Shown: in pieces, positions 1-12,400 of the stretch | Layout: every line of letters starts with the position of its first letter | Numbering within the stretch: the first letter of the stretch is position 1 | Source of the DNA: Schmidtea nova | Taxonomy: Eukaryota | Length of the DNA: 64,000 nt | Reading direction: 5' to 3' | Assembly (NCBI GenBank): GCA_044892505.1 | Contig: CM097883.1 | Span: 275,900,001-275,964,000, forward strand | Program-made: the position numbers and the translations under genes | The notes under the pieces: model-generated | Database searches by the model: none | Told to the model about the DNA's origin: nothing | What the model saw: the letters and a program-made list of their open reading frames with translations, nothing else

Positions 1-630
1 CATCGAAGTTACGGATTGGAGAATGGTAGAATTGCACGAGTGACGAAAGTGAAAAATTTCCAAAATTTGAAGGCAATTCCAAACTTAGTTTTTCAGCCGG
101 CGTGTATGTGAACAATACGACAAAATTCAGTAACTTTGAAAATGGCCGTTGGAAATCTTTCATGTTGGTGAATAGAGTGAATTCACAACCCGCTGAATGA
201 GATACCGGTATCAGTATCCGATATTAGGAATGATAAGAGATGTTATTGGATTGAATTGCTAGAACCACGGCTAGCATAGCGATGCTTTTGGTAGGAGATC
301 AGACGCCAGGTAGATGCCTGAAGTCTAGATGAATTGATCATAGATCGATGTTCCACTCACGAGAGACGATTTAAAGATAATTTATATTGAATTGGGAATT
401 CGATTGAGTTTTCTTTTGAAGGAGATTTTTCACGTTTTCTTAAATATCCAATCATCAAACTAGGATTAGAACGGTCATAGGGAAATAATAAAAAATACTA
501 AGTTCCTCCATACACCAGGTTTCACTGGATATGGCGACCTATAATAATCAAAAAGCTTATATTATAGAAAAATACACACTTACCTGTACCTAATTCATTG
601 CTGTTTTACTGAAAATGGCGATTTAAGTAA

Positions 631-3600
631 TGTTGGGCAAAAACCACAAACTGTTTTAATAAAGCGATAACCCCATAGGTAGAGAGCGCGCAAGATTCAG
701 TTTTAACCCAAAAATCCATTAAAAAAAATCCAAACAATTAAGTGAAAAACAACAAAAGGTGAAGTGAACTCACAACACATCAACCAGTAGAGAACGCGCT
801 AGCTGTGAGTCTGAGAGCCCTTACATTGAAACCTCGAGAAAAATCAAATACCATCAAAAGAAGAACGTTTAAAAGTTAGAATAGGCGGAAAACCCATTGA
901 AAATACCCAAAAAACGGAATTGTGTTATAAAAACCTTCATGCAGAAAAAATTAACAAATATTTTAGCCGAAAATTGTGATTTTATCAAAATATTTCACAT
1001 TAACAATAAAAAGAACTAAAATTAATCGAAATATCGTAAATTAAATCAAATCGAACAAATTTCGATTCAAAAACAAAAATTTGGAATTAAAATAAATTAT
1101 TTGTGTTTTGTAAAAAATTATTACACAAAAATATGGATTTAATTTTCGGAAAATCATTAGAATTAATTTAGAAAAATTAAATGGAAAATTCTAGAACAAT
1201 TTGTTTTATTACACTACTGAAGGTAACGCAAAATCGATGGTATATATACCGCCATCAAAATGGCAGAAATCAGAATTTGTGAAAAAATTTTTTTTTAATT
1301 TTAATTTTATGCAAGAAGACTTCTAAATTTATTCGTAAGTCTTATTCTTTTGTTGGCGCGGGGTCATCGAACACCATGCCTGTTCGATTACCCCGTACCG
1401 GTAATGTTTTTATAATTTTTATATTATTATTATTATGCTATCTTTATTGAATATTAAAATATTTACTTTTAATTTTTTAATTTTGTTTGTCGCAAATTGC
1501 CGTTTAAAGTCACAATAATATATATTATAAAGAGAATAAATAAATAAAAAAAAAAAAAATATTAATTTTTTTTTACTTCCTTACCCCCTGAAGCCTGTGT
1601 CTGGCCTTGTGCCGATCGGGTGGAAGTAGCCTGAGCGGATCGCTGGTTCGATACGTAAATCGATCAGTCCATTTGTCCGAGTTCAGGTGATCAGCCTAAC
1701 CATCCAAGATCACTTCATCCCAACTGGGGAACAGTGGCTTGGCCCAAGGCAAGGTGTTATATTAATGATCTTTATTTATAATAAATGTAGCTTATCCGAA
1801 TTTATAATTTTTGATATATTAAAAATTAATACCACATGAAAACGTAAAGACAAATCTTTCCAACAATGTCTTTTCCATTAGGAAAAATGATTATGCAAAA
1901 ACATTTTACTCGTCCTTCGCCTTCACCTTCACGATAATTTTCTTCTCATCCATGATCCAGAATATTAAAAACCGATATTAAAAAGTAAATCGTTCGAATT
2001 AATGCTCAAATCCGATGGAATAATAATGAAACCGAAATTAACTTTATTCGATGTCGAAAAAATTTCGTTGAAAAATTTATAACTTATTTTTATTTTATTT
2101 TTATTTAGCATATAAAAACTTTTTAGATTAAATGCTTATTTAGATTTCGAAATTTATGGATGAAAAATTTATTATTATGTGAATTTCGTTTCGATCAAAA
2201 AATAAAAATTTACTTTTGAAAAATTTTTTTTTAATGAAAAATTGTAAACCAAAAATTCTCCGAATATTGTTATGATATAAAAGATTTTGTTATTTTATAA
2301 AATTCCTAAGAATTTATAAATCAAAACTTATATTGAAACCCATAAAAATTTTAAATCGAAAATATTATTAGTATATTGAAAATTTTATCATTTCAAAAAA
2401 TCCAAAATTTCAAAATTCTATAGGAAAATTTTTTTTTTCTATATATATATATACTTAAAATATAAAAATTCGAATGTAAAAATTCATATTATAAAAATTA
2501 GAAATGGTATTATTATATTATTAAAATTATAAAAAGCATTATAAAAATTTATAATATAAAATTAGGAATTTTATTATTATATTATTTTCATAAAATTATA
2601 AATTTAAAATTTATAAAAAGTATTGTAAAAATTTATAATATAAAAATTGGAAATTTTATTATTGTATTATTTTCGTAAAATTATAAATCTAAAATTTATA
2701 AAAAGTATTATAAAAATTATTATTATTATTTTAATATAAAAATTATTATTATTATTTTAATTTTAAAAATATTTTATATAATTTATATATATATATATTA
2801 TAAATACCCCCACGATATCTCAAAAATCATAATGCATCCCTATTTGCAAAAAATTACATCCATTTCATTCAATAACATTTCCCATACTAATACACAAGCA
2901 ACATATATTTAAAATACAATATACACACATACACAGTACCATTTATTAGCATTCAATAGTTATATACACACAAGCAAACCATACTGAAAATTCTACACAG
3001 TTATGTTAGTCGGCAACATACATCCAGAAAAACCATACAAAAATTTCTATCATTCAAACCTACCATATAAAATTGAATTTACCCAGCCAAATAGGCCATT
3101 TACATTACAGTTTATTTTTAATTTACAAAAATTTCATAAAAATAATAAAAACTCAAACGAAAAAGAGTAAAGACGAAAAAAATTTTTATCTAAAGATTTA
3201 TTGATAAAAATTCAGTTTGAGGGATAAGAGTCCCCGGCAAGGATTTTTTCCGGTTTACAATGCTTGAAGGGCCGGTTCCAACATATTCTCTTCAAGAAAT
3301 TTTCTAAAATTGTTCAAAATAAATTATAATTCTGAAATAATCAAAATTTTACTTGGTTGGTAGAACGGGCTATTTTGCTTCATAGGAGCTCGAGTTCTAA
3401 TTGGATTGACCCGTTTGGGGTGGGAGAATTTTCCTCTGGTTTCGTAGTTTCCGGGGAGGTCCATTTCTTGTTGATCTGAACTATAGAAATCGTTAATTAA
3501 TCAATTTAGTGAAAAATTCAGAAAATTACATTTAAAATTAATATAATTTTTAAATTGAGTAAATTTGTCCTTTTGATTAAATTAGCAATTTTAAACGGAA

Positions 3601-4111
3601 ATTTTATTTTTATTATTTCTAAACTGGATTAAATTACGGTAATAATTAAAATTTTTCTTAAATTTCAAATGCAGATTAAAATTTTTCTATAAAAATATAA
3701 TATTTTATGTATTAATTATCATAAAATGCAATATTGGTAAAAATAGGGTTATATTAGTGTTTTTGATGCTCGAAATAATTTAGTTGGATGCAATAATGAA
3801 TTTATAGTTGTGTAGAGTGTTTATGTTGAATTTCCGATAAAATTTTGTTGAATGCTTATAGATCAATCATTAAAGGAGCGACAAAATGGGCATTAAACCT
3901 TCTATCGGTAGCCCTTGGACCCAGGAGATATTCGGTCAATCATAGTTTCGTATTGACGACGCTCACTGATTGCGAATACCCACCCACTTGTTACAGTACC
4001 AACGTTACATAGTGACGGGTAACAAGATGGTAGTTTAAATGTTTTATGTGTTGAGTTGTTGATGAGAGCCATAGAAACGTCAAGGTCATATTGACGATCA
4101 ACGACCCACCA
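631..4111 (+). mobile_element. TG...CA-bounded cassette with 4-bp TSD (very long solo LTR or Ginger-like non-autonomous element)
   Basis: Starts TGTTGGG and ends CCCACCA; GTAA on both sides (627-630, 4112-4115); the uninterrupted target AAGTAATGTAA is present in the other MITE copy (reverse strand, near 59020-59030). Confidence 0.65.
3190..3480 (-). pseudogene. Two-exon ORF remnant of unknown family inside the 631-4111 cassette
   Basis: Exon 3480-3353, 49-nt GT-AG intron 3352-3304, exon 3303-3190; spliced frame QINKKWTSPETTKPEENSPTPNGSIQLELELL*SKIARSTNQ|KFLEENMLEPALQAL*TGKNP... with two stops. Confidence 0.3.
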
Positions 4112-5744
4112 GTAATGTAAGTTAAGTCATAAAATTTTTATACTTTCCCAGAATTTCAGAAAATTCACTGGAAACAATGGCATTTCGTGATGATGAATTA
4201 GGAAAATGGTATCACCTTTTTTATTTATTAAAATATTTATTATGGGCTTAGCCTTTCAGATATTCCAGGGACATCGTACAACTGCATTTCATTCGATATC
4301 CGATATTCGCAAATCGTAAGATGAAATAATAAATATTTAAAAAGTTATTTGATTTTTATAGGATTTCAGATATCGACAAAGCCAGAATCATAAACGCAAA
4401 GGAAAATAAACAAGATTACTTCCATTTGGGAAGCTTACTTGGCCTATCAAAAAATTCTATAAGAAAAATAATTTAGCAAAATCAAATGCAGTTTAAGGAA
4501 GACAATATCAAGATCAAATGGCTTCTCCACAATGTCTTTCCAAGACAGATTTTGTTTGGTGAAAACAGCTCTTGAAGACGAATTAAACAAAGATGAATAT
4601 AAAGATTTGGAAAACTTTTTCTTACATGTTCGCCGAATGTTTTCTAAATGTTTTCGGGAAATTGAAATATTTGGAGATTAATGTGTTTATCAAATAAATA
4701 TTAGTTAGAATTGAATTTTTACTTACCTTTGATGTTAATAATTCTATAATATCATAAACATTTTCTATTAATTATTTAAAAATTAAATAAAAATAGAATT
4801 GATGAATAAAGATAACCTTTTAAAGCTTTTATAGTGATCTCATATCATTATGCAATCAAAATAAAAGACTTAAAAGTTATCCTAATTACAAAATTTACCT
4901 GAAAGCCATTTTAAAATGGCTAATTCCAACAAGTTTTAAAAAATGAGTAATAATAACTCGTGATGTATCTCACTCACCTGCATTATAGGTCGCCATATCC
5001 AGTGAAACACGGTGTATAACCAGAAAATGTGGATTCAGTAATTTGAAAGTTAAATTCTCCGATCTAAAATAATGATTATGTAATGTAAATGTCTATAGTA
5101 TAAATTACCCAATCATCAATTGCCATTTTTGAATACTCACCTATATAGATTCTTCTTTACCTGGATTATCACGATAAGATTAACATATGGACACCTGAAA
5201 TACGTTTTTCCTAAATAAAAATAAAATTCTACTATTTAAAAATTAAAATAAATTTCATAAAACCTTAAACAAATTTATAAATTAAACAGACAAAATATTG
5301 GAAAAATTTGCTTTGGTACCGGTTGCTAGGGCCGCGCAAAGAATTTAAAAGCTATGATGTTAAATTTTTTAATTAAAAATTAAATCCAAAATATAAAGCA
5401 AGTTAGACACTAGGTATAGGGGATTAAAATTCTTATTGAAACTAATAAAAGGAAAAAAGCTGAAATAGAAAAATCCTTATCAATTATTAGAAAACATAAT
5501 TGCGATTAAATAATTATTCCCGAAAAATATATGTTTTTGCTTAAGATTTAGCTTCCCGAATTGAGTTTGTGATGATGTTTGAGTACGTGTTTACGAGTAG
5601 AGTGAATGTGCGAAAACTCCCGAGAATTTAGATAATACCGTGCATAATGATTGATTGGGACAAATTAATGAATTTTAATTGATGAAATTACTTCAATTTT
5701 TGTTAATTTTAAATAATTATCTGCAGTTAAATCGTGTAAGAAGG

Positions 5745-5976
5745 GACAAAATGGGCACAAAACCTTCTATCGATAGCCCTTGGACCCAGCAGTTATTCGG
5801 TCAATCATAGTTTCGTATTGACGACGCTCACTGATTGCGAATACCCACCCATTTGTTGCATTACCAACGTTACTTAGTACCGGGCAACAAGATGGTTAGT
5901 TCAATGTTTTGTATGTTGAGTTGTTGATACGAGCCATAGTAACGTCAAGGTCATATTGACGATTAACAACCCACCA
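5745..5976 (+). repeat. Second copy of the 3' terminal module of the 631-4111 cassette
   Basis: Direct, clearly alignable copy of ~3880-4111, also ending CCCACCA; a shorter third copy lies at ~6170-6238. Confidence 0.8.
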
Positions 5977-6299
5977 TTGATGTAATTATTTATTTTTAAA
6001 TTGCCATTTAAAAACCTTATTGAATATTTAGAAAAAACTTGTTGATTAAGGGGCTCAAATAAGCACTAAACATTCTATTGGTGGCCCTTAAACCCACTCT
6101 GAATTTCGGTCATTCAAAGTTTCGATTTTTCGAAGCTCATTGTTTGCGAAGGACAACAAAATGATTTTGACTTATGTGTTGAGTTGTAGATATGATTCCT
6201 AGCAACGTCAAGGTCATAATCACGATCAACAACCGACAATGTTATAAATGTGTTTTAAACGTGTAAACTCGATGCGCTTTTGTTAATTTTAATTTTAAA

Positions 6300-6444
6300 G
6301 GTGTTTTATTTAACTTTTCTGTGTTTTGTTGTTATTTTGTTTAACTTCGTGTTTCTCCTGATAGAATTTTAAGTTTACTTTTTGCGCGTTCTCTACATGC
6401 TGGATTACCGCATCATTTAAACAAATATCAGATTTTGCCCAACA
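6300..6444 (-). repeat. Inverted, diverged copy of the 5' end of the 631-4111 cassette
   Basis: Reverse strand begins TGTTGGGCAAAA and contains GTAGAGAACGCGCAA, matching 631-695. Confidence 0.5.
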
Positions 6445-7394
6445 GTTTCTACGTGATATGTCCACGCTCACTTCCAAATTATTGGGATTTAGTTTTTGTC
6501 CAACAATAACAAAAATTTAACAACCCATACACCAGCAATACAATCGCTGTTTTAACTATTTTATTTAACTATTTTTCTTTTAAATTTATTTTTAAATTAA
6601 TAAAGTTGAAATAATTAATTATAATATTTTCTGAATTTTTCTTTTTTGCAAATTTACTTAAATTTTTTTAAAATTTGTTGTATTTATGTTTCTTTGTTTT
6701 TACTTCTTGTCCAAGTTAATTTTAATTTTTTAAAAATTTTTTTCAATGTGCTTTTTATATTTTTGTTTATTTGGTATTTACTCAATTATGTAAATATACT
6801 TCTTGCGTGGTTCCTAAATGTTATGTTTTCGCTCACTTTAAAGAAAAATAAGTTGCGATTAGCTTTTGCTTAACACCAAAATGGCAAATCTAAAATATGA
6901 TATTCATGTTTACGATAAGACTTATATTATTTTAAGTGGTGTATAAGTGACAAAATCTTTTTACTAATATTATAATTGATACATCACTGTAGCTATTTAC
7001 CTTTTTTTATTAAACAAGGTAAATAATGATTAACAGATGTTTGTCAATAAATAAATTTTAAAACAGTAATTGTTTTTTTCTTTTTAAGAATTAATAAATT
7101 GAAAATAAAAAAATAAACGAAACCTCTTTTTAGTTTGTTTTTATTTATATTGTGCAATGTTTTTGTCGCATGTAACTCCTGCGTTATTTGATAGTTAGTT
7201 GTTTTATATTACAGTTAATTTTAAAGATTTCTTTTAATTAAAAATTAAAAAAATTATTAACTTAATTTAATAAACTTTAATTTGTTTAAATAATTAATAG
7301 TTAAAATTTAAAACTTTTTATTAAAATTTGTAATAGTCATAATTTTTTATAAAACTTCCTAAAACTTTTAATATTTTCCATCTAGATTTTTGAA

Positions 7395-10257
7395 ATGAGC
7401 TCTGAAGATGATATAGATGTGTTCAATGATTTTGTGAAGAAAAATAAAGAAAAATTGAAACAAAAGTTTATCGAGTCTCCAGAACTTAATAAAATAAATA
7501 AAGAATTGGATGATTTTATAGTAGATAGTGACATGAGTGTTTCTTCGGACTCTGAGTCTAGTGGATGTAATTTATCACCTGACACAAAATCTAATAGCAA
7601 ACAAAGAAATCAAGTATATAAATCAAGTTTTAAATCATGTGAATTTAAAAAACCTCACCTAAAAGTCTTACAAGATTTTAAAGAAACCTCAAATAAAAAC
7701 ATAACATCATTTCTCTATAATAAAGATAATAATAATAATGACAAAAATTCTCAAAATAACGATTTAAACCTATCGGATAATTTATTTTCTGAAGATAGTT
7801 TATCCAATTTCAGTGATAATTCAGATTCTTTGCTAAATCAAATAATTCCATCTGATGATACCAATTCAATTATTACTGAAACACCGAAAATTTCATTTCC
7901 CACTCAAATCAATAATAAACCCAATTCACAAAACTTTCAACCGATGTTCAAAATACCAGAATTTCCAATACAGAAATCCAATAATAAACCAGCAGAAAGT
8001 ACAAGCATAAAGGCAAGTTATCAAATAGAAAAAGAAAATAAAGAAAATCTCTACTTGACACCGATTAAAAAGGAAATCGATCTTTCTAAACTTATCAAAT
8101 CATGTAATACGCAAAATACAAATACAAAATCTTCACGTTTAATAAAAGAAAGCAGTTTGGATATTTTTGATCGTAGTGACGATAACGATGATAGCTCTAT
8201 TGAGGACTCGATTCAGTCTAATAAATCCCATTCTGAGCAATCATCCATTTTCAGCAGCTCCAGTGATAATAGTGACAGTGAAATAGAGAAAAAAGTAGTG
8301 TTCGGTACCCCGAAAACACAGAAAATTATCAAACCAAAACCGTCACAAACTCTACCTGAAAAAAAATGTGTAAAGAAATTGGATTTTATTTCGTCTTTGC
8401 TTGACAATGTCGACAACGAACTGCGCGACGCTGATGCTATTTTCTATCGATTGAAATTTAAATCTCATCATAAAGAATTGGCGGAAAAAATCTATCAAAT
8501 ATATAATGAGACAGTTTTCCTTGAATTGGTTGATTTTGCTTTTTAATTAAATGGATCAATAAAGTGAATTTTGTATTTCCAGTTACCGAAAGATATTGAA
8601 ATTGAATGGAGTGCTACTTTGCGTAAGACAGCTGGACTATGCCATAATCGTAATCCAATATCACCCATAACAGTAAGAAATAATTTTTAATCTGATTACT
8701 TAAAAGCATTTTAATAATTAGCTACTAACAACTGAAAGTACTATAAAACATTTATAATAAAACTTATAATTCTTTCATTGTATCATGGAAACGCTCGCGT
8801 GCTTTGATATTTTTGGTAATATTATTTAAATGGCAGTGAAAAAATATACTTTTAACTCATAAATTATTATTATCATTTTTAATTTATTTTTTTTTCTTTT
8901 TGGCTTTCTATAGTTATTAACTATACAAAGCAATATTCGAATTTTTGAATTAAATTGCAATTTTTAATTACAACTAAATTACTATAGGGGGAAATAAACC
9001 ACATAAATTGAGAACATTACAATAATAAACTAAAATGTCAATATTATACAAAAATATACATACAATAAGTCATGACCGGTTTTACCAATATGCATTCCTA
9101 GATGACTGCCAGGTGGCACCAGAATAATGGGCGCGCTTGACAATTAATGCCATTTGTTAATCGGATATTCGCAACAGCAAAAGCAAGAAAGATTTATTTT
9201 TTATGATAAATATTGGATAGCAATATGTATTTAATGAAAAGGGAGTTACAATAATGAATTTTATTGTAAAAATTATCGTGCAATTTAAATAACTTCTGAT
9301 AACTCAATTTTTTTTTTAAATCAAATTTGTTAATAATAACCGCATTTTAAAATAGCTTCCTCGGCTTATAAAATATCTCATTTAGAAAAATACTTTTTCT
9401 AAAATATTATTAAATTCTTCTTATAAAAATGAAAATTTATTAGAAAATATTTAGAAAATTTATTTTCCAATTTAACAAAATATTAATTTACTATAAACGC
9501 ATTACATAAGGTTCTTGTTTAATGCCACAAAGGCTTGTATCTGTTTGCCATTGCGGTAGCCACATGTTATTCGCTCGAGACCAATGAAAAAGTTGCATTA
9601 TGAATTATGTGGAAGCTGAGCTATTTAATATACTTATTAACATAGGGTCAACGAATCCATTCAATAAAAATTTCAATGTCGAAAAAAGTTATAACTGACG
9701 CTGATAGATTATTGAAAACATTAGTCCATGAAATGTGCCATGGCGCAGTTTGGATGATTGACAAAATAAGAGGTCATCATGGTCCGTTATGGAAACGGTG
9801 GACACAGCGAGCTCATGCTGCATTCCCGAATGTAACATTGTCTAAGCGATGTCACAATTATAAAATCCATTACAAATTTGAGTATAGATGCATGAAGTGC
9901 AATGCGTCTATTGGGAGACATTCTAAATCTATTGACATAAATAAAATGGTAAACATTTTCATTGATTATGATGCGTAAACAAATGATGTTTAGGTACACT
10001 CAAAATGCAAAGGCAGGTTTGAGTTATTTAGAAATGATAAGAAAGGCTCTAAAATTGTCGTCGATAATCAAACTCAGAAAATGAACGCGTTCACGATATT
10101 TGTAAAAGAAAACTATAATAAGTACAGAAAAGATGGAACCTCTCACTCGGAAGTGATGAAGAAATTATCGGAATTATACAAAATTGCCAAAAAACCTTCA
10201 AATGATCCAGATTTGTGCTCATTGGTAGGATCAATGAATCTCGTAGATAAATCATGA
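7395..10257 (+). CDS. GCNA: GCNA/ACRC-like SprT metalloprotease; join(7395..8528,8583..8672,9646..9948,9994..10257), ~596 aa
   Basis: Long acidic Ser/Asp/Asn-rich disordered N-terminus, then YNETVF-LPxDIEIEW...KTAGLC, HEMCH zinc motif, GHHGPxWK, HNYKIHYKFEYRCxxC...GRHSKS knuckle and C-terminal HMG-like segment (NAFTIFVKENY...SHSEVMKKLS). All three introns are GT-AG and phase 0, and the spliced frame is open to TGA 10255-10257. Confidence 0.88.
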
Positions 10258-11974
10258 CCTGTTTTTATATCTAAAATATATTTTAATAACAAATTAAGAG
10301 ATTCTTTATTTATTTGAAAATAAAAAAAGATGTTTGGAACGAAAATAAATATTTAGAAAATGTGTCAATCGACTCAATAACCAACTTTAATTGGACAACA
10401 CGGATCCAAGCTTTATACTATTCATTTGTTAATCACTAGCTAACAATTGTTTAAAAGTCTTGCTTAATTACATACATCTTTTTAAACGTGTTACCGTGAT
10501 ATTTGGCAGTGCTGTCTCCTTCTTTTGTGCCAATTCACCGAGTTTCCTGTGGTTCGTATGAGTACTATTTTCTTCAAATATAAATGTCATATTTGCTGTT
10601 TTCGAACCATTTAGAAATAAATTCTTACCGATAGTAAATATTACGTCACAGTGGGTGTGATGTAATTATAACGGAATATTTGATTTCTCTAACCCTTATT
10701 ATATATTGTGTCATGCCTGCATGTGTGATTGATTATGCTTGATTGACTGGGTCCTCAGATGACATCATTGTTTATTATTTTCCCAAGAAGCTATTGCTGA
10801 CTGTGCTGGTGTCGGCACACCGGGTACTATAAATAGTACCAAGATTTCTTAAATAAAGTTTTTAGAACTTCAAAAGTCATTCTTATTCTTTACAGTGGGG
10901 ATGCGAGTGTTGAGGAAATGTGACAAAGGGGGGGGGTGCTTCAAAAAATTGAAAAAACCTGTGACTTCATTTAAGTACAGCTCCTTATCTTTGATTTATA
11001 GAGAATATAAAACGAACAAGTACAACACAAAAAAACGTATTCAATTTACGTTTCGTTTGATAAACGTTTATTTATTATTTGAATATGTCAAATTATTGTT
11101 TTGCCTGTTTCTATGTTGTGCAGCTACACGTAAATAATTACACACCAAACCGCGCGAAACATTAAATAAGACCTTGTCAATTGCTCTAATGATAATTTAT
11201 TGGTAACTTTGTTTTAATTAGATAAATCGGTGGAGATCGCTTTTATCGGCATTGCGATGATTAAATAATTATCGAGGATTGTGCTCTTGGATCGATCCAT
11301 TCTCCGACCCCGGTTTCATTTGAAATCCTGGCAGAACAAGGAACATGTTTACTTCCTACAGAATTAGGGTTAGAATAACAATGTTTATATTCACAAATGT
11401 TCCTTACAATTTGAGTTGGATAAACGTTAAATTATTTAATTTCAGAGAGAATGATCCAATATAAACAAAGATTTGCTTTTTATATTACCGACGCTTTACG
11501 AGAAAGGAGCCGTCTTGGTCTCACTAATGGACTTCCTTTCCAAAATCCCTTCTATTGTCAGCCAAGAATTACTATTTAGTCGCATCGATCTGTATTCCTA
11601 GCTGCTCTATTTGCGTTTTGCCGTCATATTAATGTTCCTCGTGTCATCCGTCTCCTTATTACAATGGGTTTACGTTTTAGAAAAATCTACCGCTATTATT
11701 TACCCTATATAACTATTAAACAATGGGTTTCCTGTTTTCGCAATGCAGCTAATTGAATTATTGTTTCCCTATCCATAAAATTTAATATTGGACGGATAAT
11801 GAGTTTTCTGTTAAAAGATTTAGACAATGGAACGCAATTTTCGCGGAAAATGGGGTATCCTGTTTGGAATTCTTTGTAGACTTTAATTTAATATACAGTT
11901 ATGATTTAATTATTAGAATACGGTTCGGTTTACTAATTCATTGGATTATTACCAAATTTCAAAGGATGAAATTT

Positions 11975-12024
<50 letters not shown>

Positions 12025-12400
12025 TGTATATACATATATACATATATTTTGTTCAGCCAAAACAGTCAGATATTTCCTCCTCCATAATTGGTCCAAAGAA
12101 TCCAATTCATCAAATTAATAATATTAACCCCACCAAGGAATGGAAATGAGAAACAGAAATAAATTAAAATAAGAATAAATACAAGAGAATTGAAAAGAGA
12201 TAGAAAATTAATTGGTCCAAATATCCATATTAATTATTAATATATTCATTATAATGGTAAAAATAATATAATTAAAACTAAAACTACTAAGCATGAGGGG
12301 TTCCGCCGAATGAAATAAAAACAAACAAAATTACTTGATTTGAAAAATATATTTGTAATAACCAATTCCAATGTTGTTCCACTACAAAGGTCTTCTAGGT

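Larger units (their letters stand above)
513..5014. mobile_element. Non-autonomous Tc1/mariner-type TIR element enlarged by a nested 3.5-kb insertion
   Basis: 33-bp TIRs CACCAGGTTTCACTGGATATGGCGACCTATAAT (513-545) and its near-perfect reverse complement (4982-5014, 2 mismatches); TA on both sides (511-512, 5015-5016); no transposase ORF; a second copy lies at 58112-59469. The superfamily call rests on the TA TSD. Confidence 0.75.

Noticed and set aside
1620-1692. RNase P CR-I/CR-V-like words and tRNA A/B-box-like words
   Set aside because: Spacing is far too short for RNase P or for a tRNA/SINE head; kept only as an unexplained structured island.
2480-2800. AT-only imperfect tandem repeat; also (TA)n at ~11978-12020 and ~57895-57928 and Phe/Leu-rich ORFs at 6646 and 13940
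   Set aside because: Ordinary low-complexity sequence in an AT-rich genome.
4055-4105. Hammerhead-like core (TTGATGA...GAAA-stem)
   Set aside because: C3 is T, the U16.1 position is A, stem II is absent, and the core is not kept in the 5920-5970 copy.
11220-11770. Long, nearly open frames with possible splice sites
   Set aside because: They contain stops and match no family I can recognise, so no call can be supported.
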